Assembly (NCBI GenBank): GCA_038258365.1
Contig: JBBSPW010000001.1
Span: 18,660 to 82,659, forward strand
From: Burkholderiales bacterium
GTDB taxonomy: Bacteria; Pseudomonadota; Gammaproteobacteria; Burkholderiales; Burkholderiaceae_C
Reading direction: 5' to 3'
Length of the DNA stretch: 64,000 nt
This document shows, piece after piece, positions 23,020 to 34,279 of the stretch (the first letter of the stretch is position 1; each line of letters starts with the position of its first letter). The notes beneath the pieces were generated by a model. The model was given only the letters and a program-made list of their open reading frames with translations. It was not told the DNA's origin and did not search any database. The translations under genes and the position numbers were made by a program.

Positions 23020-24244
23020 GCGGTTCGGGCAGTTGCGCTTCGGTCGGTTCGTCGATTGGGGTGATTGCGGCGTTAAGTGGGGACACTTGACCTTCGTTCA
23101 AGCGTGCCAGCGCCACCTCGGCAATGGCGCTGCGCAAACGGTCGATGCCGTCTGCGGTCACGGCACTGACGAACACGCGCCGGCGACGCACGCCGGGATG
23201 GACCTCGATCCAGTCTGCGCCGTCACGCGGCTGCTGGCTGCTGTCGAGCAGATCGCATTTGTTGTAGACCAGCAGCTGGGGCACGTTGGCGGCGCCGATC
23301 TCCTCCAGCACCCGGTCGACCTCGGCTTGTTGCTCGGCCAGCACAGGACTCGAGGCGTCGATCACATGCAGCAGCAGGTCGGCGTCGGCCGCCTCCTGCA
23401 GCGTGGCTTCGAAGGCATCCACCAGCTTGTGTGGCAAGTCGCGAATGAAGCCCACCGTATCGGACAGTGAAGCCTGGGCCTGTGCCTCTCCCAACCAAAG
23501 CGCACGCGTGGTGGTGTCGAGCGTGGCGAACAACTGGTCTGCGGCATAGCTGCGGGCTTTGACCAGTGCATTGAACAAGGTCGACTTGCCGGCGTTGGTG
23601 TATCCCACCAGCGAAATCCTGAAGCTGCCTCGCCGCTCGCGCGCCTTGCGCTGGGTGCCCCGCTGGCGCTTGACCTTCTCCAGCCGCTGCTTCACGGTCT
23701 TGATGCGGTCGCCGATCATGCGGCGATCGAGTTCGATCTGCGCCTCGCCTGGCCCGCCGCGGCCGCCGATGCCGCCTTGCTGCCGCTCCAGGTGCGACCA
23801 GCGCTTGACGAGACGGGTGGCTACATATTGCAAACGCGCCAACTCCACCTGCAACTTGCCTTCATGGCTCTGTGCGCGGTCGGCAAAGATGTCCAGGATC
23901 AGCGACGTGCGGTCCGCCACCGACACACCCAGGTGACGCTCCAGGTTGCGCTGTTGCGCCGGGCTCAGTGCCTGATCGAAGATCACCCCGTGCGCGCCGG
24001 TTGCGGCCACCATGGCCTTGATCTCATCGGCCTTGCCACTGCCGACAAACAACGCGGGGTCCGGTGCGCGGCGGTTGGCGGTGATGCGCGACACCGCCAC
24101 ATCGCCAGCCGATTCGGCCAGCAGCGCCAACTCATCCAGCGTCGGATCGAAACCGGCGTCTTTGCCGATGTGCACTCCCACCAGCACCACGCGGGTGCGG
24201 CTCAGGTCGCCCAGCGGCGCCGTGTCATTCAGGGCGGCGCTCAA
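23012..24244 (-). CDS. hflX: Ribosome-rescue GTPase HflX
   Basis: EGKLQVELARL, GPGEAQIELDRR, GYTNAGKS, DTVGF. Confidence 0.97.
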   Translation of the reverse strand: MSAALNDTAPLGDLSRTRVVLVGVHIGKDAGFDPTLDELALLAESAGDVAVSRITANRRAPDPALFVGSGKADEIKAMVAATGAHGVIFDQALSPAQQRNLERHLGVSVADRTSLILDIFADRAQSHEGKLQVELARLQYVATRLVKRWSHLERQQGGIGGRGGPGEAQIELDRRMIGDRIKTVKQRLEKVKRQRGTQRKARERRGSFRISLVGYTNAGKSTLFNALVKARSYAADQLFATLDTTTRALWLGEAQAQASLSDTVGFIRDLPHKLVDAFEATLQEAADADLLLHVIDASSPVLAEQQAEVDRVLEEIGAANVPQLLVYNKCDLLDSSQQPRDGADWIEVHPGVRRRRVFVSAVTADGIDRLRSAIAEVALARLNEGQVSPLNAAITPIDEPTEAQLPEPHA

Positions 24245-24302
24245 CGGCGCTGCGGCCCGGTGCCGATTGACGGGGTCAACAAGGTCGACGGTGACCGAAG
24301 CC

Positions 24303-24551
24303 TCACGGCGCGGGCTGTTCGCCGCTGTCGCCAGCGTGGAAGTTCACCGCGCGACTCGGCACCACGGTCGAGATGGCGTGCTTGTAGACCATCTGCGTCA
24401 CCGTGTTGCGCAACAGCACGACGTACTGGTCGAAGGATTCGATGTGGCCCTGGAGCTTGATGCCGTTGACCAGATAGATCGACACGGGCACATGCTCCTT
24501 GCGCAGCAGGTTCAAAAAGGGATCCTGCAAAAGTTGGCCTTTGTTGCTCAC
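24303..24551 (-). CDS. hfq: RNA chaperone Hfq
   Basis: [28 protein letters not shown]...YKHAIST. Confidence 0.99.
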   Translation of the reverse strand: MSNKGQLLQDPFLNLLRKEHVPVSIYLVNGIKLQGHIESFDQYVVLLRNTVTQMVYKHAISTVVPSRAVNFHAGDSGEQPAP

Positions 24552-24662
24552 GATATGTTCCGTGATGAATGAAGAGGGCGTTCACGGTATCACAGCACCC
24601 CCGGGGCAACCCGGGTGTGCGGACTTTGGCGCCCCGCACGTGCCAGCTGGTTCGCAACGCGC

Positions 24663-26000
24663 TCATTTCTCGTCGAAAGGATTGCTTGCCGAACGCATCT
24701 CGATGCGCACCGGCGTGCCGACAAGCTTGAAATGGTCCCGCAGGCGGCCTTCCAAAAAGCGCTTGTAGCTGGCCGTGACATGGTCGAGCGAAGTGCCGTG
24801 GATCACCACCAGCGGCGGGTTCATTCCGCCCTGGTGGGCATAGCGCATCTTCGGTCTGAAGCGGCCTTCACGTCGCGGCGCCTGGTGCTCGGCGGCCTCG
24901 TGCACCAAGCGCGTCAGCACCGGCGTCGGCATCTTGACGGTGGCGGACGCATGGGCCTGCATCAACGCCTTCCAGACCGCATTCAGTCCATGGCGCTTCA
25001 GCGCCGACATCTGCATCACCGGCGCGAACTTCAAGAACGCCAGCCGGCTTTCGATCGAGCGCTGCAGGGTCTGCCGCTGGTAGTCGTCGGTCGCGTCCCA
25101 CTTGTTGACCGCCAGCACCACCGCCCGGCCCGACTCCAGGATGTAGCCGGCGATGTGCGCGTCCTGGTCGGTCACGCCCTGCGTGGCGTCCAGCAGCAGC
25201 AGCACCACATTGGCATCGGCGATCGCCTGCAGGGTCTTGACCACCGAGAACTTCTCGATCGACTCGAAGACCTTGCCCCGGCGCCGCAGCCCGGCGGTGT
25301 CGATGAACTCGAATTGCCTGCCGTCGCGCTCGAAGGGCACGTGGATCGCGTCGCGGGTGGTGCCCGGTTGGTCGAAGGCCACCAGCCGTTCTTCGCCCAA
25401 CCACGTGTTGATCAAAGTGCTCTTGCCGACGTTGGGCCGGCCAGCCACCGCCAGACGCACCGGGCGGTCGGCATCGGCCGCAGGGTCTTCTTCGTCATCG
25501 TCGTCGACGATGTGTTCGGCCAGCGCAGCTTCCAGCAGGCTGCGGATGCCCTGCCCGTGCGCCGACGAAATAGGGTGCGGTGCGCCGATGCCCAGCTCAT
25601 GGAATTCGCCCAGCAGCGGCGACTCCACCATGCCTTCGGCCTTGTTGGCGGCCAGCAGCACCTTCTTTTGCTGGGTGCGCAAGAAGTTGGCAATGTCGTG
25701 GTCTTGCGCCGACAAGCCGCCGCGCACATCCACCACGAAGATCACCGCATCGGCCTCGGCCACCGCCTGCCGCGTTTGCTTGGCCATTTCTGCGACCACG
25801 CCGGTGGGCTTGTCCGGCTCGAAGCCGCCGGTGTCGACGACGATGAATTCGAGCTTGCCGATGCGCGCGTCGCCGTAATGTCGGTCGCGTGTCAGGCCGG
25901 CGTAGTCGGCCACGATCGCATCGCGGCTCTTGGTGATGCGGTTGAACAACGTCGACTTGCCGACGTTGGCGCGGCCGACGATCGCCAGAACCGGTTTCAT
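24663..26000 (-). CDS. der: Ribosome biogenesis GTPase Der (EngA)
   Basis: Two G domains ([16 protein letters not shown]), DTGG/DTAG, KH-like C-terminus. Confidence 0.98.
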   Translation of the reverse strand: MKPVLAIVGRANVGKSTLFNRITKSRDAIVADYAGLTRDRHYGDARIGKLEFIVVDTGGFEPDKPTGVVAEMAKQTRQAVAEADAVIFVVDVRGGLSAQDHDIANFLRTQQKKVLLAANKAEGMVESPLLGEFHELGIGAPHPISSAHGQGIRSLLEAALAEHIVDDDDEEDPAADADRPVRLAVAGRPNVGKSTLINTWLGEERLVAFDQPGTTRDAIHVPFERDGRQFEFIDTAGLRRRGKVFESIEKFSVVKTLQAIADANVVLLLLDATQGVTDQDAHIAGYILESGRAVVLAVNKWDATDDYQRQTLQRSIESRLAFLKFAPVMQMSALKRHGLNAVWKALMQAHASATVKMPTPVLTRLVHEAAEHQAPRREGRFRPKMRYAHQGGMNPPLVVIHGTSLDHVTASYKRFLEGRLRDHFKLVGTPVRIEMRSASNPFDEK

Positions 26001-27148
26001 CAGGGCCTGAACGCGTGCAGGCCGCCCTTGCGGGTCACGACCAACAAGGTGTTGCCAGACAACGCCGGGGTGCCGACCACCGATGAGCCGTCGGTGGGCA
26101 AACGCAGTTGCTGCTCGCCTGCGTCTGCCGACAAGAAGTGCACGAAACCGGCCTCGTCGCCGAACACCACCGACGTCCCCACGGCCAGAGCACCGCTCAA
26201 GCTGCGATACAGCAGCTTCTCGCTGGTCCAGGCCACTTCGCCGTTGACCGCACGCCAGGCGGTGATGCGGTCGCTGGCGTCGGCGCCGTAAACCCGGTCG
26301 ACGTCACTGGCCACGGCTTCGATGCCGCCCACGTTCTTGGTCCACAGCAGCGCGCCGCGCTCGGCGTCGGCGCAGGCCACCGCGGCCTGGAACGAGCGAG
26401 CGCAGACACGGGTGCCGACCCGCACCGCCGGGCCGATCAGGTCTGCCAGACGCTCGACTTCGTTGCTGCCGCGGGGTGAGGCCATCGCCACTTCCCAACG
26501 CACCGATCCGTCGCGCGGATCGACCCCGGCCAGCCGCTGACCCTGTCCCACCAGCAAGGTGTTGCCAATCGAGGTGACGACACTGGCTTGAGCCAGCGTC
26601 AATGCATCGCCGGGTCGTTCCAGGTCCCATAGCCGGCGGCCGTCGAGCACATCGAAAGCATGAACCGCCCGGTCCACCCCCATCACGAACACCCGCTCGC
26701 CGGCCACCAACGGTGGCGTCACCACGCTGGAGCTGAGCCGCTTGCGCCACAGCTCGCGCCCGGCGTCCAGCACCACCACCTCGTTGCCGCGCGTGACGAC
26801 GCTGGCATAGCGGCCGTCGCTGCCGACACCGGCTGCGATCTTGCCCGCCACGCGGGTGCGCCAGACCTCGGCGCCAGTGTCGGCTGCCAGCGCGACCACA
26901 TCGCCGTCTTCGGACGCCACATAGAAACGGCCGTCGCGCACGGCAGGCACCATCGGAAACCCGATCGTGCCGATGCGCGCCGTCCAGGCCACGGCCGCAC
27001 TGATCTTGGGTGCGTAGGTTTCAAGCGGCGTCGGTTTCGGCCGGTCGCTGGAGCAAGCGGCGAGCAAGGCCAGCACCGGCAGCGCTGCGATCAAGGCAGC
27101 GTGCTTCACCCTGCAGCCGATCCGACCGCGCATGTTCGACCCCGTCAC
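26000..27148 (-). CDS. bamB: Outer membrane assembly lipoprotein BamB
   Basis: Lipobox LLAAC, PQQ-like propeller repeats; yfgM-bamB-der synteny. Confidence 0.93.
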   Translation of the reverse strand: MTGSNMRGRIGCRVKHAALIAALPVLALLAACSSDRPKPTPLETYAPKISAAVAWTARIGTIGFPMVPAVRDGRFYVASEDGDVVALAADTGAEVWRTRVAGKIAAGVGSDGRYASVVTRGNEVVVLDAGRELWRKRLSSSVVTPPLVAGERVFVMGVDRAVHAFDVLDGRRLWDLERPGDALTLAQASVVTSIGNTLLVGQGQRLAGVDPRDGSVRWEVAMASPRGSNEVERLADLIGPAVRVGTRVCARSFQAAVACADAERGALLWTKNVGGIEAVASDVDRVYGADASDRITAWRAVNGEVAWTSEKLLYRSLSGALAVGTSVVFGDEAGFVHFLSADAGEQQLRLPTDGSSVVGTPALSGNTLLVVTRKGGLHAFRP

Positions 27149-27846
27149 GGCTTCGGTCCGGATGCTGCAGATGCCGCGTCCGACACCACAACCGTGGCAA
27201 CGACTGCAGGCGGGGCACCCAGCGCTGCCAGCTTGGCTTCGATCACGCGGCGGTAATCCAGGCGGTCGCTCATCGCGGCCCAGGCTCGTTGGTAAGCGGA
27301 CTTCGCCTCTTCGGGCTTGCCCTGCAGCATCAACAGATCGCCGCGGCGGTCAGACACCAGTGCCTCGAAGGCCGGAGCGGTGGCGCCATTCAGGGTTTTC
27401 AGTGCCTCGTCGGTCAGCTTGGCTTCGGCTTGCCAGCCGGCCAAGCGCAGGCGGGCAATGGTTTTCATGTCGTCCTGCGCAGCGTGTTCGGCGACCCAGG
27501 CCAGGCTCTCGCGCGCGGCGTCGGGCTGGCCGTTGGCGGCTTGCACAGACGCGACTGCCAAACCGGCTTGTTCGGCATAGGCGGTGCTCGGAAAACGGTC
27601 GCGAAGGTCGGTGAAGATGCGCCCTGCCTTGGCCGCATCGCCCGCAATCACCGCGCGGTCGAGTTCCTCGAACATGGCGCCGGCCTGCTGCGCCTTCTGA
27701 CGTTGCCAGTAGTTCCAGCCGTTCCATCCCGCATACACCGCCAGCACCAGCACGAGTGTCCAGGTGATGAGGTTGCCGTGCTTGTTCCAGAACGCCTTGA
27801 AAGCGTCGAGTTGCTCCTGCTCTTGCAGGTCTAGTTGTGTGGCCAT
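27145..27846 (-). CDS. yfgM: YfgM family TPR ancillary SecYEG subunit
   Basis: LDLQEQEQLDAFKAFWNKHG, single TM helix, TPR-like helices. Confidence 0.9.
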   Translation of the reverse strand: MATQLDLQEQEQLDAFKAFWNKHGNLITWTLVLVLAVYAGWNGWNYWQRQKAQQAGAMFEELDRAVIAGDAAKAGRIFTDLRDRFPSTAYAEQAGLAVASVQAANGQPDAARESLAWVAEHAAQDDMKTIARLRLAGWQAEAKLTDEALKTLNGATAPAFEALVSDRRGDLLMLQGKPEEAKSAYQRAWAAMSDRLDYRRVIEAKLAALGAPPAVVATVVVSDAASAASGPKP

Positions 27847-27871
27847 CGTCAGCGAACAAGAAAGTCGAAGA

Positions 27872-29191
27872 TTATGCGGTGCGCAATTGCGGGGCCCAGG
27901 CCGAGACGGTCGCCAGCGGACGGGTGAACTGCGGTGGCGCTACCAGGCCACCCGTGGAAGCCGGCGAGACGACCGTGGCGCGCATCGACTTGATCGCGAC
28001 CTCGCCTCGCGCCAATTCGTCTGCGCCGAAGATGAGGGCGTATGCAGCACCACTGGCGTCGGCGCGCCGCAGTTGCGATTTCAGACCGCCGTGGCCATCC
28101 TTGCCCGCCGCGTGCATCAGCACCGATACACCGGCCACCCGCAACGCCTCGCAGCACTGCACAGCGGCAGCGACCGCCTCGGCACCGGGCACCACGGCAT
28201 AAACATCCGGCACCGTCGGCGGAGGGTCGATGCCGGCAGTCTGCAGCAGGTCCAGCACCCGCTCGATGCCCATACCCCAGCCGATGCCAGGCGCTGGCTT
28301 GCCGCCCATCAACTCGACCAGACCATCGTAGCGCCCGCCGCCGCAGACCGTGCCCTGCGCGCCGAGGCGGTCGGTAATCCACTCGAACACCGTCAACGAG
28401 TAGTAGTCCATGCCGCGCACCAAGCGGTGGTTGACGCGGTAGGCCTGCCCGACCGCGTCCAGCGCAGCACGCACGCCATCGAAATGCGCCAGCGACGCTT
28501 CGCCCAGGAAGTCCATCAACCGCGGCGCAGCTTCCACCACCGGTTGCAGCGCCGGATTCTTGGTGTCCAGGATGCGCAGCGGGTTGGTGTGCAGGCGGCG
28601 CGCGGCTTCGGCATCGAGCAGGTCCGCATGCCCTTCAAGATAAGTGATCAGGGCCTGACGGTGTCGCTGGCGCTCGGCTGCCTGGCCCAGGCAATTGATC
28701 TCCAAGCGCACATCCGACAGCCCCAGGTCGCGCCACAGCGTGCGGCACATCAGGATCACTTCGGCATCGACATCGGGGCCGCCAAAACCCAGCGCTTCGA
28801 CCCCCACCTGATGGAACTGCCGGTATCGACCCCGTTGCGGCCGCTCGTGCCTGAACATCGGGCCGATGTAGTAGAGGCGTTTGCCGCCGTCGTGCAGCAT
28901 CGAATGTTGCAGCGCCGCGCGCACCACCCCCGCGGTGCCTTCCGGTCGCAGGGTCAGCGGGTCGCCGTTCAGGCTGTCGACGAACGAGTACATCTCTTTC
29001 TCGACGATGTCGGTGACTTCACCCAGCCCACGCACGAACAGCGGCGTGGGCTCGACGATCGGCACGCGGATGTTGAGGTAGCCGTAGCTCCGCATCAAGA
29101 CGCGCACACGGTCCTCGAACCACTCCCAGCGCGCCGAATCCGGCGGCAGGATGTCGTTCATGCCTTTGACGGCCTGGATGGTTTCGGGCAT
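27872..29191 (-). CDS. hisS: Histidine-tRNA ligase
   Basis: [39 protein letters not shown]. Confidence 0.98.
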   Translation of the reverse strand: MPETIQAVKGMNDILPPDSARWEWFEDRVRVLMRSYGYLNIRVPIVEPTPLFVRGLGEVTDIVEKEMYSFVDSLNGDPLTLRPEGTAGVVRAALQHSMLHDGGKRLYYIGPMFRHERPQRGRYRQFHQVGVEALGFGGPDVDAEVILMCRTLWRDLGLSDVRLEINCLGQAAERQRHRQALITYLEGHADLLDAEAARRLHTNPLRILDTKNPALQPVVEAAPRLMDFLGEASLAHFDGVRAALDAVGQAYRVNHRLVRGMDYYSLTVFEWITDRLGAQGTVCGGGRYDGLVELMGGKPAPGIGWGMGIERVLDLLQTAGIDPPPTVPDVYAVVPGAEAVAAAVQCCEALRVAGVSVLMHAAGKDGHGGLKSQLRRADASGAAYALIFGADELARGEVAIKSMRATVVSPASTGGLVAPPQFTRPLATVSAWAPQLRTA

Positions 29192-29271
29192 GGCTCAGCG
29201 AAGGGAAAACGGGGTGGGTGGAGCGGCAGAGGCCGTCGACAGCGGCCTGCTCGGCGTGCGGATCGGCAGCG

Positions 29272-30579
29272 TCAATGCGCTGCGTCTGCGCTTTCCACAG
29301 CAGCGCCGAAGCGACGCTCGATGTAGCTTTCCACCAGCGCGTGGAACTCGGTGGCGATGTGCTCGCCGCGCAGCGTCAACGCTTTGTGGCCGTCGATGAA
29401 CACCGGGGCCGCCGGGGCTTCGCCAGTGCCCGGCAGGCTGATGCCGATGTCGGCATGCTTGCTTTCGCCAGGGCCGTTGACGATGCAGCCCATCACCGCC
29501 ACCTTCAGGTTTTCGACCCCGGGATAGCGCGCTTTCCAGACCGGCATCTGCGCCCGCAAGAAATCGTCGATCTGCTTGGCCAGATCCTGGAACGTGGTGC
29601 TGGTGGTGCGACCACACCCGGGGCAAGCGGTGACACTCGGATTGAAAGCACGCAAGCCCAGCGATTGCAGGATCTCGGCCGCCACCACCACCTCCTGGGT
29701 GCGGGACTCGCCGGGCTGCGGAGTCAAGCTGACGCGGATCGTGTCGCCGATGCCTTCCTGCAGCAAGATCCCCATCGCCGTGGCGCTGGCCACCGTGCCC
29801 TTGGTGCCCATGCCGGCTTCGGTCAGGCCCAGGTGCAAGGCATAGTCGCAGCGCTTGGCCAGTGCGCGGTAGACCGAGATCAAATCCTGCACCCCGCTGA
29901 CCTTGCAGCTGATGATGATCTGGTCGGGGTTCAGCCCCATGTCGCGCGCCACCGCAGCCGAGGTCAACGCCGACTGGATCAGCGCCTGGTACATCACCTG
30001 CTTGGCATCGGCGGGCTGCGCGCGGCGGGCGTTGGCATCCATCAGATCGGCCAGCAGTTCCTGGTCCAGGCTGCCCCAGTTGACACCGATGCGAACCACC
30101 TTGTCGAGCCGAGCAGCGGTCTCGACCATCATGCCGAACTGGCGGTCGCGCTTGTCGCCCTTGCCGACATTGCCGGGGTTGATGCGGTACTTGCTGAGCG
30201 CTGCCGCCATCGCCGGGTAGTCGGTCAGCAGTCGGTGGCCGTTGTAATGAAAGTCACCCACCAGCGGCACGTGGATGCCCATGCGGTCGAGTTGCTCGCG
30301 AACGTGCGGCACCGCTTGGGCGGCTTCGGGTGTGTTGACCGTGATGCGCACCAATTCACTTCCGGCCAGCGCCAACTCCTTGACCTGGATCGCGGTGCCG
30401 ATCGCATCGACGGTGTCGGTGTTGGTCATCGACTGCAGCCGCACCGGCGCATCGCCGCCAACCGTCACCACATGGTCGCCCCACACCACCCGCGCTTGGC
30501 GCGAGCGTCGCGGAGCCGGTGCGGCAGCGGCTATCGGGTCGGGAATGTCGACGCTCGCGGCGAAGTCGGGGGCATTCAT
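29272..30579 (-). CDS. ispG: (E)-4-hydroxy-3-methylbut-2-enyl diphosphate synthase
   Basis: [29 protein letters not shown] and GCIVNGPGE Fe-S motifs; start taken at MNAPDF. Confidence 0.97.
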   Translation of the reverse strand: MNAPDFAASVDIPDPIAAAAPAPRRSRQARVVWGDHVVTVGGDAPVRLQSMTNTDTVDAIGTAIQVKELALAGSELVRITVNTPEAAQAVPHVREQLDRMGIHVPLVGDFHYNGHRLLTDYPAMAAALSKYRINPGNVGKGDKRDRQFGMMVETAARLDKVVRIGVNWGSLDQELLADLMDANARRAQPADAKQVMYQALIQSALTSAAVARDMGLNPDQIIISCKVSGVQDLISVYRALAKRCDYALHLGLTEAGMGTKGTVASATAMGILLQEGIGDTIRVSLTPQPGESRTQEVVVAAEILQSLGLRAFNPSVTACPGCGRTTSTTFQDLAKQIDDFLRAQMPVWKARYPGVENLKVAVMGCIVNGPGESKHADIGISLPGTGEAPAAPVFIDGHKALTLRGEHIATEFHALVESYIERRFGAAVESADAAH

Positions 30580-30637
30580 CAGCGGTGCCTGGTCTGTGCG
30601 GTGGCGGTGTTTGGATGCAGCGGGCTCTGCGGATGCG

Positions 30638-31639
30638 TCAACGCAATTCCAGCCGCGCCACGTTGTCTCGGGTGGATGTGGCCAGATCGACCGGCATGCC
30701 CCTGAAGCCCAGTTGAGTGGACGACGCATTGCCTATCGTCAGGCGCATCGGCAAGGCGCCGTCCAGGCCGATGTTCTCGCCAGGCTGAACCGTGCGCGAC
30801 AACAGCACCTGACCGCTGGCATCCCGCACCTCGATCCAGGACGACTGACTGGAGCTGAGCTGCACCACGCCCGCTGCTGCCGAGGATGCAGGGACATCGG
30901 TGGCGGGCGCAGCAAACACGGTTTCGATTGCGGGCGGAGATGCCGCAGCTTGAGCGGCGACGGCGGAGATGACCGCTTCGTCGACGCTGCCTGCGGCGGC
31001 GCTGGCAGCAGCCACATCGCCAGCGCCTGCCGATGCGGCGTCGCCCGGTGCGGCGCCAACCACCACCGGCACAGTGTCGAGAGCGGGCACCACCGCTGCC
31101 TTCCAGAACGACTCGGGCACCAGGAACACCACAGCCGCGGCCACCATCAACAACACCGCAGCCCAGACCATCGGTCGCACGGCGCCATCGGCCAAGCTGG
31201 GCGCATCGCGGCCCGAACGCTCGCGGAACGGCGCATGCGCGGTACGGCTGAGCGGCTCGATCGAGGTAGCGCCGGCTGCCGGCAACAACGCCAACACCGG
31301 ACGCGCGTCGATCTTCAAGGTGCGGCAAACGGTTTGGGCCAACGCCCTGGCGAAAGTGGCATCGGGCAGGTCCTGGATGCGGTCGTTCTCGAGCGCGTCG
31401 AGCTTGCGCGGCGACACCTTGATGGCCGCTGCCAGCGCCGCGATGTGCAGCCCCTGCGCCTCGCGCGCGGCGCGCAACAACGCGCCCGCGCTATTCCCTG
31501 AACTGCTGCCTGCGCCACTGCCTGCACCGCTGCCTGCAGCACCAGCCGGCACCGCGCGCGCGCCGTCTCGGTCCGAAGGCCGCTTGCCAACGAAAGTATC
31601 CGGTCCGGCGATGCCGGAATCGAAGCGGGAGTCACTCAT
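30638..31639 (-). CDS. rodZ: Cytoskeleton protein RodZ
   Basis: N-terminal HTH ([10 protein letters not shown]...LDALE), TM helix, C-terminal DUF4115-like SWIEVRD...IGNA. Confidence 0.9.
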   Translation of the reverse strand: MSDSRFDSGIAGPDTFVGKRPSDRDGARAVPAGAAGSGAGSGAGSSSGNSAGALLRAAREAQGLHIAALAAAIKVSPRKLDALENDRIQDLPDATFARALAQTVCRTLKIDARPVLALLPAAGATSIEPLSRTAHAPFRERSGRDAPSLADGAVRPMVWAAVLLMVAAAVVFLVPESFWKAAVVPALDTVPVVVGAAPGDAASAGAGDVAAASAAAGSVDEAVISAVAAQAAASPPAIETVFAAPATDVPASSAAAGVVQLSSSQSSWIEVRDASGQVLLSRTVQPGENIGLDGALPMRLTIGNASSTQLGFRGMPVDLATSTRDNVARLELR

Positions 31640-32474
31640 CGAAGCGCCCACTCTCGAACTTCAGCGCCTCTGGCGATTGCGGAAACCGCGCCTGCAACTG
31701 CCGCCCCAGATCCTGGCGTGCTTGCGCATTGCCGAGGCGGTTCTCGATTCGCGCGGCCAGCCACAGGCTCTGGGCCGTGGTCTGCTCGCGCACCGCATTG
31801 ATCCGAGCCAGGTAGAACCGCGCCCGCTCGGCTTCGCCGCGGTGCAGCAGCACTTCGCCGAGGTTGTAGCCCGTGACCGGGTTGGATGGGTCGAGCTCGT
31901 AAGACCGCTGCAGTGCGCGTTCGGCATCGGCCCAACGACCGGCGCGCGCCAGGCAAACCCCCTGGGCCAGACGGGTGCGCACGGTCTCGCGGTAAGCCGG
32001 TTGCAGCAAGGTCTGCTCGAACATCGCATCGGCTTCGTCGAAGCGCTTGCGCTGGCACAGAAACCAGCCGTAGTTGTGCATCACGTCGCCATCGCGCGGC
32101 GCCAGTTGCAGCGAACGTTTGAAGCTCTCTTCAGCCAGCACCGGCTGGTCCAGGCTGTCGTAGATCAGCCCCCGCAGGCTGTAGGCCTCGGGCATGTCGG
32201 GCTTGGCCGCCAGCGCGCGCTTGATCTCTTCGAGTGCGGTGGTGCCCTGCCCTTGCGACAGGTAGAGCCCGGCCAGTTCCAGCCGCACACGCGCCCGGCG
32301 ATCGGGGTCGGCCGGCTCGGCTTGCGCGGCCGCCGAATTGGGTCCGGGCGGTGCCGCCGTCGACGTCGAAGTGGAGGTGCTGACGCAGGCTGACAGCGAC
32401 ATCGCGAGCGAGAGCACCAGCCCGCAGATGGCCGCAGTGCGCGGCAGCAGCAACCGCATGAACGTGGTGCTCAT
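31632..32474 (-). CDS. pilW: Type IV pilus biogenesis/stability TPR lipoprotein PilW/PilF
   Basis: Lipobox [24 protein letters not shown] motif; rlmN-pilW-rodZ synteny. Confidence 0.9.
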   Translation of the reverse strand: MSTTFMRLLLPRTAAICGLVLSLAMSLSACVSTSTSTSTAAPPGPNSAAAQAEPADPDRRARVRLELAGLYLSQGQGTTALEEIKRALAAKPDMPEAYSLRGLIYDSLDQPVLAEESFKRSLQLAPRDGDVMHNYGWFLCQRKRFDEADAMFEQTLLQPAYRETVRTRLAQGVCLARAGRWADAERALQRSYELDPSNPVTGYNLGEVLLHRGEAERARFYLARINAVREQTTAQSLWLAARIENRLGNAQARQDLGRQLQARFPQSPEALKFESGRFDE

Positions 32475-33607
32475 GGCGAACGCGCCACCATCGACACCGG
32501 CCCGATGATCGGGATCGTCCGCAGGCGCGCCATCCGCGGCGCGGCGTCGGTGCGGTCGCGCACCTCGCCCGCGAGTTGGCCGCAAGCCGCATCGATGTCG
32601 TCGCCGCGGGTCTTGCGCACCGTGGTGACGATGCCGGCGGCATGCAGCCGCTGCGCGAAAGCCTGCACCCGCTCGGGCGGCGAGCGCAACAGCCCGGATG
32701 CTGGGAACGGGTTGAAGGGAATCAGGTTGAGCTTGCACGACAAGCGCGGCTTCAAGAGACGCACCAGTGCGTCGGCTTGTTCGGGCGAATCGTTGACACC
32801 GTCGAGCATGCAGTACTCGATGGTGATGAAGTCACGGGGTGCGGCCGGTAGATACCGCTGGCAAGCCTGCAGCAACTCATCGATCGGGTACTTGCGGTTG
32901 AGCGGCACCAGCGTGTCGCGCAATGCGTCGTCTGGCGCATGCAGCGACACCGCGAGCGCCACCGGGCATTCGTCACGCAGCCGGTCGATCATCGGCACCA
33001 CGCCAGAGGTGGACACGGTGACCCGGCGCCGAGACAGCCCATAGCCATGGTCGTCGAGCATGGTGCGCAAGGCCGGCAGCAGCGCGCCGATGTTTTGCAG
33101 CGGCTCGCCCATGCCCATCATCACCACGTTGTCGACCGCGCGCTCCCCCACTTCGAGCTTGAGCTGGCTGCGCAAGCGGTGCTCGGCAAACCACAACTGG
33201 CCGATGATCTCGCCCGCGCTCAGGTTGCGGCTGAAGCCCTGGTGGCCGGTCGAGCAGAAGCGGCAACCGACTGCGCAGCCGGCCTGCGACGACACGCACA
33301 GCGTGCCGCGATCAGCCTCTGGGATGTAGACGGTCTCGACCGCATTGCCGGCGCCGACATCGAACAGCCACTTGACGGTGCCATCGATCGATCGGTGCTC
33401 GCTCAGCAAGGCCGGCGCACGAACCTCGGCGGTGCCGCTCAGCTTGTCGCGCAACGATTTCGCCAGGTCCGACATCGCGCCGAAGTCAGCGACCCCTCGT
33501 TGGTGCATCCAGCGAAACAGCTGCACCGCGCGAAAGCGCTTCTCACCCAGACTGTCGCAGTGCGCTTCGAGCCCGCGCAGGTCGAAATCGAGCAAGTTCA
33601 CGGGCAT
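32471..33607 (-). CDS. rlmN: Dual-specificity RNA methyltransferase RlmN
   Basis: [15 protein letters not shown] radical-SAM motif, [15 protein letters not shown]. Confidence 0.97.
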   Translation of the reverse strand: MPVNLLDFDLRGLEAHCDSLGEKRFRAVQLFRWMHQRGVADFGAMSDLAKSLRDKLSGTAEVRAPALLSEHRSIDGTVKWLFDVGAGNAVETVYIPEADRGTLCVSSQAGCAVGCRFCSTGHQGFSRNLSAGEIIGQLWFAEHRLRSQLKLEVGERAVDNVVMMGMGEPLQNIGALLPALRTMLDDHGYGLSRRRVTVSTSGVVPMIDRLRDECPVALAVSLHAPDDALRDTLVPLNRKYPIDELLQACQRYLPAAPRDFITIEYCMLDGVNDSPEQADALVRLLKPRLSCKLNLIPFNPFPASGLLRSPPERVQAFAQRLHAAGIVTTVRKTRGDDIDAACGQLAGEVRDRTDAAPRMARLRTIPIIGPVSMVARSP

Positions 33608-33662
33608 GTCGCAGCGCCGGGAGATGGGGTCAGATCGAAGGAGACAGGCGGGTGTGCGGGCT

Positions 33663-34082
33663 TCAGCGCGAGTAGACACCCATGCCGGGAAAGAAGAACG
33701 CGATCTCGGCGGCTGCCGTTTCGGCCGCGTCGGAGCCGTGCACGGCGTTGGCGTCGATGCTGTCTGCAAAGTCGGCGCGGATGGTGCCCTTCTCGGCCTT
33801 CTTCGGATCCGTAGCACCCATCAGATCGCGGTTCTTCTTGACCGCATCGGCGCCTTCCAGCACCTGAATCATCACCGGTCCGGAGATCATGAAGGTCACC
33901 AGGTCATTGAAAAACGGGCGCGCCTTGTGCACGGCATAGAAGGCCTCGGCTTCGCTGCGCGACAGATGCGCCATGCGGGCGGCAGCCACCTTCAGCCCAG
34001 CCGACTCGAAGCGGGCGAGGATCTGGCCGATCACGTTCTTGGCAACGGCGTCGGGCTTGATGATCGAAAGGGTACGTTCCAT
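33663..34082 (-). CDS. ndk: Nucleoside diphosphate kinase
   Basis: [18 protein letters not shown]. Confidence 0.99.
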   Translation of the reverse strand: MERTLSIIKPDAVAKNVIGQILARFESAGLKVAAARMAHLSRSEAEAFYAVHKARPFFNDLVTFMISGPVMIQVLEGADAVKKNRDLMGATDPKKAEKGTIRADFADSIDANAVHGSDAAETAAAEIAFFFPGMGVYSR

Positions 34083-34279
34083 GAGGTCAATCCGTCTGCG
34101 GGTTCTGACCCTGCCACAACGACCGTCACGACGTTCTGAATCGTCACGAGGCGCGGTGGGCGCGGGGCCGGGATGGTTCCGCCTGCGGCGGCAACCGGAA
34201 GCTGCAACTTGGCTGGGGACATCGATCCGACAGCACGAGCTAAGCCCTTTATTCTAGCTTCAGCAAGATGCTGACATCC

